The notes beneath the pieces were generated by a model. It saw nothing but the letters and a program-made list of their open reading frames with translations. It was not told the origin of the DNA and ran no database searches. From Clostridia bacterium (GTDB taxonomy: Bacteria; Bacillota; Clostridia; Christensenellales; UBA1242), in assembly GCA_016283155.1 (NCBI GenBank), contig JAEEMI010000025.1, positions 802 to 64,801 on the forward strand: a DNA stretch of 64,000 bases, written 5' to 3'. The translations under genes and the position numbers were made by a program. Below are positions 1 to 9,677 of the stretch, piece after piece. The number at the start of each line of letters is the position of its first letter. Position 1 is the stretch's first letter.

Positions 1-39
1 CATTAAAAGCAGTTTTCAACAAGAAGAATATCTTTAAGT

Positions 40-702
40 TTATTTTTGCTTAAGTTTGAATTTCTCGGTAACATCAGCACTGGCTTCGTCTTTCCATTTT
101 TGGATTGCAGCGTGATTACCCGAAAACAAAACTTCTGGCACCGCCATTCCATTCCAAACACGCGGGCGCGTATACTGTGGATATTCCAATTTACCATCGA
201 CATAACTTTCCATTATTAGACTGTCTTGATTAATTACACCGCTCACATAACGCGATACGGCATCGACCAAAACCATAGCGGGAATTTCGCCACCGGTTAA
301 AACAAATTCACCAATTGAAATCACTTCATCAAAACAAGCGTCAATTACGCGTTGGTCTACGCCTTCATAATGCCCGCACAAAATAATAATGTGTTCATAT
401 TGTGATAATTCAACAACACGGTTTTGCGTTAAAATCGGTGCGGCTGGCGTCATAAAGATACGATGTGCCTTATGTTCTGGGTCAATCGCTTGTAAACAAT
501 CATAAATCGGCTGACACGATAAAACTAACCCGGCGCCTGGTGAATAAGAATTATCATCAACCTTACGATGTTTATCTGTTGAATAATCGCGGAAATTAAC
601 TAATTCAATTTGTAATTTACCGGCTTTAGTCGCACGTCCCAAAATGCTTGTTTGCAACGGCGTAAACATTTCCGGAAATAAAGTTAAGATTGTCCAACGC
701 AT
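40..702 (-). CDS. trmD: tRNA (guanine37-N1)-methyltransferase
   Basis: Motifs TLFPEMF, DDNSY..GAG, LCGHYEGVDQRV, SIGEFVLTGGE, EYPQYTRP; TAATG overlap with rimM. Confidence 0.97.
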   Translation of the reverse strand: MRWTILTLFPEMFTPLQTSILGRATKAGKLQIELVNFRDYSTDKHRKVDDNSYSPGAGLVLSCQPIYDCLQAIDPEHKAHRIFMTPAAPILTQNRVVELSQYEHIIILCGHYEGVDQRVIDACFDEVISIGEFVLTGGEIPAMVLVDAVSRYVSGVINQDSLIMESYVDGKLEYPQYTRPRVWNGMAVPEVLFSGNHAAIQKWKDEASADVTEKFKLKQK

Positions 703-1193
703 TAGACCAACTCCGATTCAAGCGCATTCGCCGTTAAAACCAACGTATGCGTAATCATATTAGTTTCAGCGATAAAATCGTCTTCATTGGGGATTAAAAC
801 AAAACCTTGACCATCAACCGCAATTTCGAAAAAATCACCTGCTCCATAATTTTCGACCGATGCCACTGTACCAATTTTTTTACCCTTATGCACTACTTCA
901 AAGCCAATAATTTGGCTGGAAAGAATTTCGTCGGCTTGCAAATGTAAAGCACTGTCCTCCACCATCACAATTTGGTTACGCAACTTCTCGGCTTTCTCAA
1001 CAGTTTCAACTCCTCTCAAGCGCAAATAAGCAAAACCATTCTGCACACTACCACGCAATACTTCATAAGTATGTTTTCCTAACGACACAGCTTTCAAATC
1101 ATTAAAAACCGCGGGGCGATTGTAAGTGATACCGACTTTCAGTTCACCTTGCAAACCCCGTGGTTTCAGAACTGTGCCAATGGCAACCAACAT
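702..1193 (-). CDS. rimM: 16S rRNA processing protein RimM
   Basis: IGTVLKPRGLQGELKV N-terminus, PRC-barrel with YGAGD; directly upstream of trmD. Confidence 0.93.
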   Translation of the reverse strand: MLVAIGTVLKPRGLQGELKVGITYNRPAVFNDLKAVSLGKHTYEVLRGSVQNGFAYLRLRGVETVEKAEKLRNQIVMVEDSALHLQADEILSSQIIGFEVVHKGKKIGTVASVENYGAGDFFEIAVDGQGFVLIPNEDDFIAETNMITHTLVLTANALESELV

Positions 1194-2929
1194 TAGTTAA
1201 ATTCCTTCACTTGTTTGTGAACCATCGCAATAAAGTCTTCAATGGACATTTGGCCTAAATCTTGACCTTCACGCGTACGTACAGCTACTTTATTTGCTTC
1301 AGCTTCTTTCGCACCGATAATTAAACAATAAGGAATTTTTTTCAAAGTTGCTTCACGAATTTTCAAGCCAATCTTTTCGTTACGCAAATCAGTTGCAGTA
1401 CGAATATCAGCAGCCAACAAAGCACGTTTTACTTGTTCACAATATTCATCTTGAGCATTCGTAATGTTCAAAACACGAACTTGAGTTGGTGATAACCAAA
1501 CCGGCAAAGCACCCATAGTTTTTTCAATTAACATTGCTAACGTACGTTCATAGCAACCAATTGAAGAACGGTGAATTAAATATGGTTTAGCTTTTTTACC
1601 ATTTTCATCAATGTAGGTCAAACCGAAACGTTCAGACAAAGCAAAGTCTAATTGAATCGTAAACAAAGTATCTTCTTTGCCGTACGTATTCTTGGCTTGA
1701 ATATCAATCTTGGGTCCGTAGAATGCCGCTTCACCATCGGCTTCAACGAATTTTAATTTGTGTGCCTTTAATGCATTACGAATTTCATTTTGACTCCATT
1801 CCCAAGCATCAGGTAAATCAATATACTTTGCTTTGTTGTTTGGATCCCATTTTGACAAACGGATAGAAACATCATCTTCCATTTTCAAAACTTGCAAGAA
1901 ATATTTGGTTAAATCCATACATTCATCAATGACTTGTTGAATTTGATCCGGACGAACAATAATGTGTCCATCACTTAAAGTATATTCACGTAAACGAATC
2001 AAGCCGTGCATTTCACCACTATTTTCATTACGGAATTGTTTAGCGGTTTCAGCAAAACGCATTGGTAAATCTTTATAAGAACGTAATTCGCTACGATACA
2101 ACAAAATGTGCATTGGGCAAGTCATCGGACGTAACGCCATTACGTTATCGTTCAAAACTTCATCACCAATCAAGAACATTGAATCTTTATAATGTTGCCA
2201 ATGTCCACTAACTTTGTATAAATCACTCTTAGCGAACGAAGGAGTTTTAACGTGCAAATAGCCACGACGAATTTCTTCGTCTTCAACAAAACGTTGCATA
2301 ATACGCAAGATGGTTGAACCTTCGGGAGTAAACAATGGCAAACCTTGTCCAACCAATTCAGAGGAAGTATAATAACCTAATTCACGGCAAATGCGATTAT
2401 GATCGCGTTTTTTAACTTCTTCTTGCCACGCATTATACGCATCTAATTCGCTTTTCTTGGCGAAAGCGACACCGTAGATGCGAGTCAACATTTTATTCTT
2501 TTCATCACCACGCCAATAAGCGCCAGTAATTTGTGTCAACTTAAAAGCTTTGATTTTGCTCAAACGATCCACGTGTGGACCAGCACACAAATCGGTAAAA
2601 TTACCCATTGTGTACATTGAAATAGTTTCACCACGTGGAATATCGTGTAACAATTCAACTTTGTAAATTTCTTTGTTCTTGTTGATAATACGCGATGCTT
2701 CGGCACGTGTAACTTCTTTACGTTCGACCGTAAAATCTTCTTTAATAATACGTGCCATTTCTGCTTCAATTTTTGGCAAGTCTTCATCTTTGATTGGTGT
2801 TGTAAAATCAAAGTCATAATAAAAGCCCGAATCAGTTGCTGGACCAATTGCCAATTTGGTGTTCGGGTAAATGTTTTTTACAGCATATGCTAAAACGTGT
2901 GCTGCAGTATGATTTAGTATTTTATCCAT
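1193..2929 (-). CDS. thrS: Threonine--tRNA ligase, short form without N-terminal TGS domain
   Basis: HTAAHVLA, DLCAGPH, GAYWRGD, LRPMTCP, FRNE.SG, GEAAFYGPKID; start moved from 2971 to ATG 2929, which lies 7 nt after a TATAAT box. Confidence 0.97.
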   Translation of the reverse strand: MDKILNHTAAHVLAYAVKNIYPNTKLAIGPATDSGFYYDFDFTTPIKDEDLPKIEAEMARIIKEDFTVERKEVTRAEASRIINKNKEIYKVELLHDIPRGETISMYTMGNFTDLCAGPHVDRLSKIKAFKLTQITGAYWRGDEKNKMLTRIYGVAFAKKSELDAYNAWQEEVKKRDHNRICRELGYYTSSELVGQGLPLFTPEGSTILRIMQRFVEDEEIRRGYLHVKTPSFAKSDLYKVSGHWQHYKDSMFLIGDEVLNDNVMALRPMTCPMHILLYRSELRSYKDLPMRFAETAKQFRNENSGEMHGLIRLREYTLSDGHIIVRPDQIQQVIDECMDLTKYFLQVLKMEDDVSIRLSKWDPNNKAKYIDLPDAWEWSQNEIRNALKAHKLKFVEADGEAAFYGPKIDIQAKNTYGKEDTLFTIQLDFALSERFGLTYIDENGKKAKPYLIHRSSIGCYERTLAMLIEKTMGALPVWLSPTQVRVLNITNAQDEYCEQVKRALLAADIRTATDLRNEKIGLKIREATLKKIPYCLIIGAKEAEANKVAVRTREGQDLGQMSIEDFIAMVHKQVKEFN

Positions 2930-2936
2930 AGCATCA

Positions 2937-2964
2937 ATTATAACACAATGTCGAAATAAATCAA
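2937..2964 (-). promoter_or_regulatory. sigma-A promoter of thrS, leaderless geometry
   Basis: TTGATT-16-TATAAT with TGTG extension, 7 nt before ATG, no SD. Confidence 0.7.
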
Positions 2965-2996
2965 ATACCAAAAATTATTAATTACTACGACAATGA

Positions 2997-3004
2997 CATA
3001 AACT
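2997..3004 (+). promoter_or_regulatory. sigma-E-like -10 element of ytxC-like gene
   Basis: CATAAACT (cATAcanT-like) 6 nt before ATG 3011, no SD. Confidence 0.4.
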
Positions 3005-3010
3005 ATTGTT

Positions 3011-3682
3011 ATGAAAATTTCTACTGATGAACGTTTCAAATCTTGCATTGAACATTTGGCATTAAAATTTCACGGAAAAATAATCATAGTAAATGAGCGT
3101 TATGTTTTAACCTTAAAACCAACCGTTGACCGTTACAAATTATTTGACAGCATTATTAACCAAATTGTTACTACAATGAAGGCCCATTATTTGCGCAATA
3201 AAATCCGCATAAAGAATGACACGCTCATCAAAGTCTTAATTAACTATGACAAAAAATCTGACACAGTAATTGCTGGATCATTGTTTCAATTATCAACCCA
3301 AATATTATTAGATTCCATTTATGATTTCGCATTAAGCCGCCTGAAATGCCGCTGGGATGAAGTTATTCAATTGGTCAATGAAAATCACAGACAATTAACT
3401 CAAACCGTTTTATTCAATGAGTTATTACGCTTTCTAATTCTGAATATGGATTATCGCATTCCTGAAGTTCACATAATGGTAATTAATAAACATATGACAA
3501 TATGCGACCAAAAATTACAACCACTACCCCAACTTGATGAAGACATAATTAATGCTTTAATTGAAATTGCGCCAAGACAAATTTTTATTCACACTGATAC
3601 AAATTTAGCACGTGATGTCATTGAACGCATTGAAACATTATTTCCAAACTGCGTTTGCATAGAATACAACGCAGTGTTATAA
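3011..3682 (+). CDS. YtxC-like sporulation protein
   Basis: C-terminal DIINALIEIAPRQIFIH...IETLF and F.L.RL...W.E..........NE.LRFL patterns; next to thrS as ytxC is in Bacillota. Confidence 0.65.
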   Translation: MKISTDERFKSCIEHLALKFHGKIIIVNERYVLTLKPTVDRYKLFDSIINQIVTTMKAHYLRNKIRIKNDTLIKVLINYDKKSDTVIAGSLFQLSTQILLDSIYDFALSRLKCRWDEVIQLVNENHRQLTQTVLFNELLRFLILNMDYRIPEVHIMVINKHMTICDQKLQPLPQLDEDIINALIEIAPRQIFIHTDTNLARDVIERIETLFPNCVCIEYNAVL

Positions 3683-3683
3683 T
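3655..3683 (+). promoter_or_regulatory. sigma-A promoter of ricT/yaaT, leaderless geometry
   Basis: TTGCAT-17-TATAAT, 7 nt before ATG 3691; -10 overlaps the upstream stop codon. Confidence 0.75.
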
Positions 3684-3690
3684 TAAAATT

Positions 3691-4317
3691 ATGCGTACTT
3701 ATAATGTTAGAGTTTTTAACGAAACACAAACAACTAAATTTGATAGTGACATTGCTGATTTAAAAGCAAATGAATATGTTATTGTAGAAACAGAAACTGG
3801 TGCTGAATGGGGTGTGGTCGCTGATGAAGGTGTTGAAAAGAAAAAACACGAACCAAACCACGCACAAATTTTTCGTCGTGCAACGACCAAAGATCAAAGC
3901 CAAATTAACTTGTTATTAAAGTCAGCGGAATTTGCCAAAGAAAAAGCCACAACGATGGCAGAACAATTAAAGTTGGATATGCGTGTAATGACAGCTCACT
4001 ATACATTTGATGCCAGTAAGGTTGTCATCAATTTCTCGGCTGAACAGCGCGTTGATTTCCGCGAATTAGTTCGTAATCTTGCCAGTGCCTTACATACGCG
4101 CATTGAACTACACCAAGTTGGAGCACGTGATGAAGTTAAAGCCATTGGGGCGTTAGGACCTTGCGGTCAAGAATGTTGTTGTAAACGTTTCTGTCATAAC
4201 TACCCTGATGTTTCAATCAAAATGGCCAAGGAACAGAACCTATCATTAACTCCTGATAAAATTAACGGCATTTGTGGAAGGTTAAAATGTTGCTTGTCAT
4301 ACGAGTGTAAAAAATGA
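3691..4317 (+). CDS. yaaT: PSP1-domain protein RicT/YaaT (stage 0 sporulation family)
   Basis: RVDFRELV, RIEL.QVGARDE, GPCGQECCC, KMAKEQNLSL.P.KI.G.CGRLKCCL.YE. Confidence 0.9.
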   Translation: MRTYNVRVFNETQTTKFDSDIADLKANEYVIVETETGAEWGVVADEGVEKKKHEPNHAQIFRRATTKDQSQINLLLKSAEFAKEKATTMAEQLKLDMRVMTAHYTFDASKVVINFSAEQRVDFRELVRNLASALHTRIELHQVGARDEVKAIGALGPCGQECCCKRFCHNYPDVSIKMAKEQNLSLTPDKINGICGRLKCCLSYECKK

Positions 4318-4359
4318 TAAACTTTAATAGATAAATTAAAAGCAAAGGAGCATAAAAAT

Positions 4360-4836
4360 ATGAGATGTCCAAACTGTGGTTCACACGATAATAAAGTTGT
4401 TGATAGTCGTACTAATGATAATTCTAATTCAATTCGTCGCCGTCGCGAGTGTATTAAATGTGGTAAACGTTTTACCAGTTACGAAACTATTGAGCGTGTA
4501 TCACTATTAGTTATCAAACGCGATGGCAGCCGCCAATCATTTGATGCACAAAAAATTAAAAACAGTATTATCGCTGCTACTGGTAAACGTCCAGTTTCAA
4601 TGAAACAAATTGACAACATCGTTGAAAGTATTGAAATGCAAATTGCCAATGCCGCCATTGGTGATCAACAAGAAATTGCATCCAGTGTCATTGGTGATAT
4701 GGTAATGGAAGAACTAAAAAAGATTGATGAAGTGGCATATATCCGCTTTGCGGCCGTCTATCGTCAATTCAAAGACGTTTCAACCTTTGTTAACTTCGTA
4801 AAAAACTTTGAACAAGAAATTTCTAAGAAAATTTAA
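4360..4836 (+). CDS. nrdR: Transcriptional repressor NrdR
   Basis: MRCPNC..KVVDSR..IRRRREC..CGKRFT.YE zinc ribbon plus ATP cone, VAYIRFA.VY; SD AAGGAG. Confidence 0.96.
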   Translation: MRCPNCGSHDNKVVDSRTNDNSNSIRRRRECIKCGKRFTSYETIERVSLLVIKRDGSRQSFDAQKIKNSIIAATGKRPVSMKQIDNIVESIEMQIANAAIGDQQEIASSVIGDMVMEELKKIDEVAYIRFAAVYRQFKDVSTFVNFVKNFEQEISKKI

Positions 4837-5876
4837 GCTTGAGTTTTTAACTCTGCCATACGTAAAGCATCAACCATATCGGTAATCTCACCATCAACAA
4901 ACTTGGTAAGATTGTATTCTGTACGATTAATGCGATGGTCAGTCACGCGACCTTGGGGATAATTATATGTTCGAATACGTTCACTTCGGTCGCCGGTACC
5001 AACTTGCGAATGACGTTCAGACGCATATTTTTCGTCTTCTAAACTTTGGTAATAATGTGCTAATTTAGACACCAAAACCGTCATGGCTTTTTCGCGGTTA
5101 GCCAGTTGGCTACGTCCATCCTGACACGTTACAACCATATTGGTAGGTAAATGGGTAATTCGGATTGCGCTCTCAGTTTTATTAATGTGTTGCCCACCTG
5201 CCCCAGAAGCGCGATAAACATCGATGCGTAAATCTTTTTCATCAATTTGAAAATCAACTGTTGTGGCTTCCGGCAAAACTGCCACGGTTGCCGTTGAAGT
5301 GTGGATGCGTCCTTGTGATTCAGTTTCTGGAACACGTTGCACACGATGTACACCGCTCTCGTATTTAAATTTAGAATATGCACCTGAGCCTTTAACTATA
5401 AAAGTAACGTTTTTTACCCCACCAATTCCATTCTCTTCAATATCGGTAATCTCCACCGTAAAACCGTTAGCATTAGCATATAACGTATACATTCGTAATA
5501 GTACTGCAGCAAATAGACAAGCTTCATCGCCACCTGCTGCTGGACGAATTTCAATAATTACATTAGCATCATCACGCTCATCTTTTGGCATTAATAAAAC
5601 TCGTAACTCTTGCTCAGTTTTTTCCAATAAAACTTGGTTCTCGGCAATTTCTTCTTTAGCTAATTCTGCTAACTCAGGATCAGTGATTTCTTGTGCAGAG
5701 GCAATGTCCTTGTTTAATTTTTGATATTTTTGATACGCTTCAATTGTTGGTGCTAATTTTGATACTTCTTTTGAAATCTGTGAATAGCGTGCCACATCAT
5801 TAAAAACTTCAGGCAAAGTTAACTGTTCAATCAGTTGCCCATACTTAATTACTAAAGCACTTAATTCTTCAAACAT
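4833..5876 (-). CDS. prfA: Peptide chain release factor 1
   Basis: GGQ motif (GAGGQHIN), PET recognition motif (RVPETESQGRIHTS), follows prmC. Confidence 0.97.
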   Translation of the reverse strand: MFEELSALVIKYGQLIEQLTLPEVFNDVARYSQISKEVSKLAPTIEAYQKYQKLNKDIASAQEITDPELAELAKEEIAENQVLLEKTEQELRVLLMPKDERDDANVIIEIRPAAGGDEACLFAAVLLRMYTLYANANGFTVEITDIEENGIGGVKNVTFIVKGSGAYSKFKYESGVHRVQRVPETESQGRIHTSTATVAVLPEATTVDFQIDEKDLRIDVYRASGAGGQHINKTESAIRITHLPTNMVVTCQDGRSQLANREKAMTVLVSKLAHYYQSLEDEKYASERHSQVGTGDRSERIRTYNYPQGRVTDHRINRTEYNLTKFVDGEITDMVDALRMAELKTQA

Positions 5877-6718
5877 TATACCCTTATTGTAACCACTCTA
5901 TCGCGATTTGCCAAATCTTTATAAACCTTTACACTGTGATATCCATATTCCAAAGCAATTTGTTCGACTGCAATTGCTTGGTCATAACCAATTTCAAAAA
6001 TAATCATTCCATTTGAATGTAAATGTTTTTTAGCATCAGTTAAAATTCGACGGTAAAAATAAAGTCCATCAATTCCACCATCCAAAGCAATTCGTGGTTC
6101 TTGTAAGGTCCATTGGTCTTCGACCCCAATCTCGGCAGTACGCACATAGGGTGGATTGCAAACAATTAAATCAAATTTTCCGCGCACATCTTCAAATAAA
6201 TCACTTTTAATAAAATTAATATCCGCACGATGCAATGCTGCATTTTCGACTGCAACAGATAATGCTGCTTCACTACAGTCAACAGCGGTGATTTCATACT
6301 TTAACTCACTTTCTCGACTATGTAACCAATCACACAAATAAGATAACGAAATGCCTATAATTCCTGAACCACAACACAAATCTAAAATTCGATAAGGTGT
6401 GTGTTCGTTGCCAATTAAAGAATCAGCGATAATTTTCTTTTCAGTTAATTCGACTAGAACTTCGGTATCGTGGCGTGGAACTAAAACATCCGGCGTAACC
6501 AAAAACTTACGATTATAAAAATAAGTACTCCCCAGTAAATAAGCCAGAGGAATACCTTTTTTATATTGATTAATAATTTCAATTGCCTTTTTAGCAATTG
6601 ACTCACTAATATCTTTCACTAAAAAAACATTGGTACGTTTAGCTTCCAATAAATGGCACAAAACTTGGATTACCGCTTCGTGCTCTCCGGTTTGTGCAAT
6701 TAGTTGTGCTAACTTCAT
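5876..6718 (-). CDS. prmC: Release factor glutamine methyltransferase
   Basis: [34 protein letters not shown]. Confidence 0.95.
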   Translation of the reverse strand: MKLAQLIAQTGEHEAVIQVLCHLLEAKRTNVFLVKDISESIAKKAIEIINQYKKGIPLAYLLGSTYFYNRKFLVTPDVLVPRHDTEVLVELTEKKIIADSLIGNEHTPYRILDLCCGSGIIGISLSYLCDWLHSRESELKYEITAVDCSEAALSVAVENAALHRADINFIKSDLFEDVRGKFDLIVCNPPYVRTAEIGVEDQWTLQEPRIALDGGIDGLYFYRRILTDAKKHLHSNGMIIFEIGYDQAIAVEQIALEYGYHSVKVYKDLANRDRVVTIRV

Positions 6719-6924
6719 TTTGAATTTGCGTAACGTTTATTAAATTTGTCAACACGACCAGCAGTATCTACAATCTTTTGTTTGCCAGTGTAAAACGGAT
6801 GACATTTGGAGCAAATATCAATTTTTACAACATTACCTTCTTTGGTAGTTCCGCAAGTGAATTTGTTACCGCAAGCACATTCAAATTCGGCTTCGTGATA
6901 ATTAGGATGAATATTTTCTTTCAT
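6715..6924 (-). CDS. rpmE: 50S ribosomal protein L31 (Zn-binding type)
   Basis: [35 protein letters not shown]. Confidence 0.97.
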   Translation of the reverse strand: MKENIHPNYHEAEFECACGNKFTCGTTKEGNVVKIDICSKCHPFYTGKQKIVDTAGRVDKFNKRYANSK

Positions 6925-6931
6925 AACGATG

Positions 6932-6960
6932 ATGATATCATATCATATAAAACTTGTCAA
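6932..6960 (-). promoter_or_regulatory. sigma-A promoter of rpmE-prmC-prfA, leaderless geometry
   Basis: TTGACA-17-TATCAT with TG extension, 7 nt before ATG; -35 overlaps the murC stop. Confidence 0.8.
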
Positions 6961-8294
6961 TCAAATGTCACGAAACTACTCTGACGCAAAAATTCACCAT
7001 TTACCACATCGCCCGCTCCACATAAAATGATAGCATCGTATTCTACCGCGTGTTGGGTTAAATATTCTGTTAATGCTTGTGGTGTCGCAAGATATTTAAC
7101 TTTTAATTGGCGGCTTAAATCTAAGGCCCGTCCTCCAATAATTGTTTTACCCCGTGCTGCAAAGGTTTTGTACAATACAAGATTAGGAACAGTCGATAAT
7201 ACTTTTACAAAGTCATCCCATAATGAGATTGTGCGTGTATAAGTGTGTGGCTGAAAAATCATTAAATATTTGGAATATAAATTTTTCGCAGTTTGTATTG
7301 TTGTTAAAATCTCACGTGGATGATGAGCATAATCTAAAATCACTGGTGTTTTAACAAATCGTGCAAAGTGTTGAAAACGACGTGCAATACCTCGATAATC
7401 CGCGATTGCTCGACAACTTGAATCGAAATCAATTTTACACACCAAAGCACAAGTAATGGCAGCTAAAGCGTTTGCAACGTTATGCAATCCAGGGACATTA
7501 GTCACAAAACGTGGAATTTGATAAAACACACCAAAAATTTGGGGATTCAAAACAATTTCAAATTCATAGTTACCACTAACCAATCGTTGTATGTTTTTTG
7601 CATGTACATCTCCATAGTCAATACCAAAAGTTATCGTGCGTTGCTTACCAAATAAATCTGCACTGTTTTCATCATTGGCATTTTTAATGACAATGTTACT
7701 TTTTGCAGCAAATTTTTTGAAATACTGTTTAATTTTGGAGAGGTTTTTATAACAATCTAAATGGTCAGCATCAACATTAGTAATTACCGCAATTTGTGGT
7801 TTTAATTTCAAAAAACTTTTTCTAAATTCGCACGCTTCGGTAATAAACCATTGCTTACCACCAATCTGTAAATTGTCTTGTGCCCCATTATGTACGGTTG
7901 GTTCTCGTCCAGCTTGTTGAAAAATTGAACCAATCATTGCTGTAGTTGAACTCTTACCGTGACAACCGGCAATGGCAATCACTTGCCGATAATGGTGTGC
8001 AATTTGTGCCAATAAAGTTTCACGATAAATAATTTTTATTCCGTTTTGTCGAGCATATAATAATTCAGGATTATCATCTGAAATTGCCCCATTAATAACT
8101 AAATAATGTACTGGTTCGTGTTGCAAATTATTTGCGGAATGACCAATGTAAACGGAAATACCCAATGCAGATAACTCGCGTGTATTAGCAGACTCAACTA
8201 CATCACTACCTGCAACCTGTTTTCCCTGTTTAAATAGTAATTTTGCCAACGCTGACATTGATACTCCACCGATGCCAACAAAAAAATAACGCAC
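6957..8294 (-). CDS. murC: UDP-N-acetylmuramate--L-alanine ligase
   Basis: FVGIGGVSMSALA, AG.HGKSSTT, EACEF, NVDADHLD, DYAHHP.E, FQPHTYTRT, GAGD. Confidence 0.92.
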   Translation of the reverse strand: MRYFFVGIGGVSMSALAKLLFKQGKQVAGSDVVESANTRELSALGISVYIGHSANNLQHEPVHYLVINGAISDDNPELLYARQNGIKIIYRETLLAQIAHHYRQVIAIAGCHGKSSTTAMIGSIFQQAGREPTVHNGAQDNLQIGGKQWFITEACEFRKSFLKLKPQIAVITNVDADHLDCYKNLSKIKQYFKKFAAKSNIVIKNANDENSADLFGKQRTITFGIDYGDVHAKNIQRLVSGNYEFEIVLNPQIFGVFYQIPRFVTNVPGLHNVANALAAITCALVCKIDFDSSCRAIADYRGIARRFQHFARFVKTPVILDYAHHPREILTTIQTAKNLYSKYLMIFQPHTYTRTISLWDDFVKVLSTVPNLVLYKTFAARGKTIIGGRALDLSRQLKVKYLATPQALTEYLTQHAVEYDAIILCGAGDVVNGEFLRQSSFVTFD

Positions 8295-8347
8295 AGTATC
8301 ATATATGCGTTATTTTTTTATCCTGTTATAAAATTATAAAACGTGGA

Positions 8348-8668
8348 TTACAATAAACCCATATTTTTCGCAACCTTAACAGCACGTGCTAATTCACGTT
8401 GGTGAGCAGCACATAAACCAGTTTGACGGCGCGGGAAAATCTTACCACCTTCAGAAATATATTTCTTTAAGCGTGGGTCTTTATAATCGATATACAACGG
8501 ACGTTTAGCTTCATCTTTTTCCATACAGAATGGGCAAACACGACGTTTTTGGCGTGGAACACGTTTTTCTTTGCGTTCTTCAGCGTTTTCTGCTGCATTC
8601 TTTTTCGCTTTGTTTTCTTGACGATTTAATTCTTCAATCACTTCGCGAGTCGATAAATTTTCTCCCAT
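8348..8668 (-). CDS. rpsR: 30S ribosomal protein S18 with charged N-terminal extension
   Basis: RRVCPFC..IDYKD..L.KYISE.GKI.PRR.TG.CA.HQR; SD AAAGGAG. Confidence 0.95.
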   Translation of the reverse strand: MGENLSTREVIEELNRQENKAKKNAAENAEERKEKRVPRQKRRVCPFCMEKDEAKRPLYIDYKDPRLKKYISEGGKIFPRRQTGLCAAHQRELARAVKVAKNMGLL

Positions 8669-8683
8669 AATCTCTCCTTTTAA

Positions 8684-9073
8684 TTAAAATGGTAACGAAT
8701 CATCAGCAATTGGTTTCATTTCGACATTATTAGTTTGATCGTATGAATTGCTCGGATTGTCATCTTTACGATTCAAGAATTCGACATCAGTTGCCGTAAC
8801 TTCGACTGACGTACGTTTGTTACCTTCTTTGTCTTCGTAATTGCGGATTTGAATATCACCGCAAATAGCTACTTTGCTACCTTTCTTAATAAATTTAGCA
8901 CAATTTTCACCTAACGCACGCCAAGCAGTAATGTTATAAAAATCAGCTTCTTGGTTTCCGCCAACACGACGATTGACAGCGATCGAAAAACGGCAAACGC
9001 TAGCGTTATTAGCACCAACGGTTGACAATTCTGGATCACGAGTTAAGTTACCTACTAAAAAAACTTTATTCAT
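8684..9073 (-). CDS. ssb: Single-stranded DNA-binding protein
   Basis: MNKVFLVGNLTRDPEL, acidic DDSLPF tail, rpsF-ssb-rpsR order. Confidence 0.97.
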   Translation of the reverse strand: MNKVFLVGNLTRDPELSTVGANNASVCRFSIAVNRRVGGNQEADFYNITAWRALGENCAKFIKKGSKVAICGDIQIRNYEDKEGNKRTSVEVTATDVEFLNRKDDNPSNSYDQTNNVEMKPIADDSLPF

Positions 9074-9079
9074 AGCAAA

Positions 9080-9460
9080 TTATTCTCCTTCTTTAACTTC
9101 TTTGGAATCTTTTGATTCTTTTTCACGCAATTCTTTCTTGGCCAAGTATTCCTCGCGTGCTTTAGCACGATTTTGTTTGCGGATTACATCTTGAGCTAAC
9201 ATAATGTCAGTTTTTGCAATGAACAAATGACGGTTAATACCTTCGGTAATGTTCATCAAAGCTGTCATTTTTGCAGGAACTTCCGGAGCGGCACTAAAAT
9301 TTAACAGGTAATAAAAACCATATTTCTTTTGGCCTAATTTTTCTACTGTAGTTTGTTCACCTGCCATTTTTTTGAAACCAGCGATTAATTCATCGCGCTT
9401 AGCTTCGGCTAGTTTTGCATCCACAACAATCATACATTCATATGATTTCTTGTTTTCCAT
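9080..9460 (-). CDS. rpsF: 30S ribosomal protein S6, atypical (internal deletion, C-terminal extension)
   Basis: YECMIVV, G.YYLLNF, I.EGI.RHL; first gene of rpsF-ssb-rpsR; SD AAAGGAGGT. Confidence 0.88.
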   Translation of the reverse strand: MENKKSYECMIVVDAKLAEAKRDELIAGFKKMAGEQTTVEKLGQKKYGFYYLLNFSAAPEVPAKMTALMNITEGINRHLFIAKTDIMLAQDVIRKQNRAKAREEYLAKKELREKESKDSKEVKEGE

Positions 9461-9465
9461 ATTTT

Positions 9466-9515
9466 ACCTCCTTTTATGGTCTAACGCCTGCACCATTGCG
9501 ATGCAGGAAAAAGAT
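9466..9515 (-). promoter_or_regulatory. Probable S6:S18-binding leader RNA
   Basis: CCTGCATC-GCAAT-GGTGCAGG hairpin, TCTTTT able to pair with AAAAGG of the SD, and TTAGACCA (CCR) just before the SD, as in Bacillota rpsF leaders. Confidence 0.55.
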
Positions 9516-9523
9516 ATGTTGTT

Positions 9524-9552
9524 ATCATACAACATAACAGCAAAAAAAGCAA
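9524..9552 (-). promoter_or_regulatory. sigma-A promoter of rpsF operon
   Basis: TTGCTT-17-TATGAT. Confidence 0.65.
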
Positions 9553-9563
9553 CCATAAATATC

Positions 9564-9592
9564 TTGCGTTAATTCAAGAAGTTTGTTATAGT
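9564..9592 (+). promoter_or_regulatory. sigma-A promoter of tRNA-Met
   Basis: TTGCGT-17-TATAGT with TG extension, 8 nt before tRNA +1. Confidence 0.7.
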
Positions 9593-9600
9593 ATCTATAC

Positions 9601-9676
9601 GGCGATGTAGCACAGCGGCTAATGCACCGAGTTCATACCCCGGGTATCGCTGGTTCGATTCCAGCCATCGCCACCA
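9601..9676 (+). tRNA. tRNA-Met(CAT), probably elongator
   Basis: Cloverleaf GGCGATG/CATCGCC acceptor, TTCATAC anticodon loop, GGTTCGATTCC T-arm, encoded CCA; paired G1-C72 argues against initiator; Ile2 not fully excluded. Confidence 0.92.
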
Positions 9677-9677
9677 A

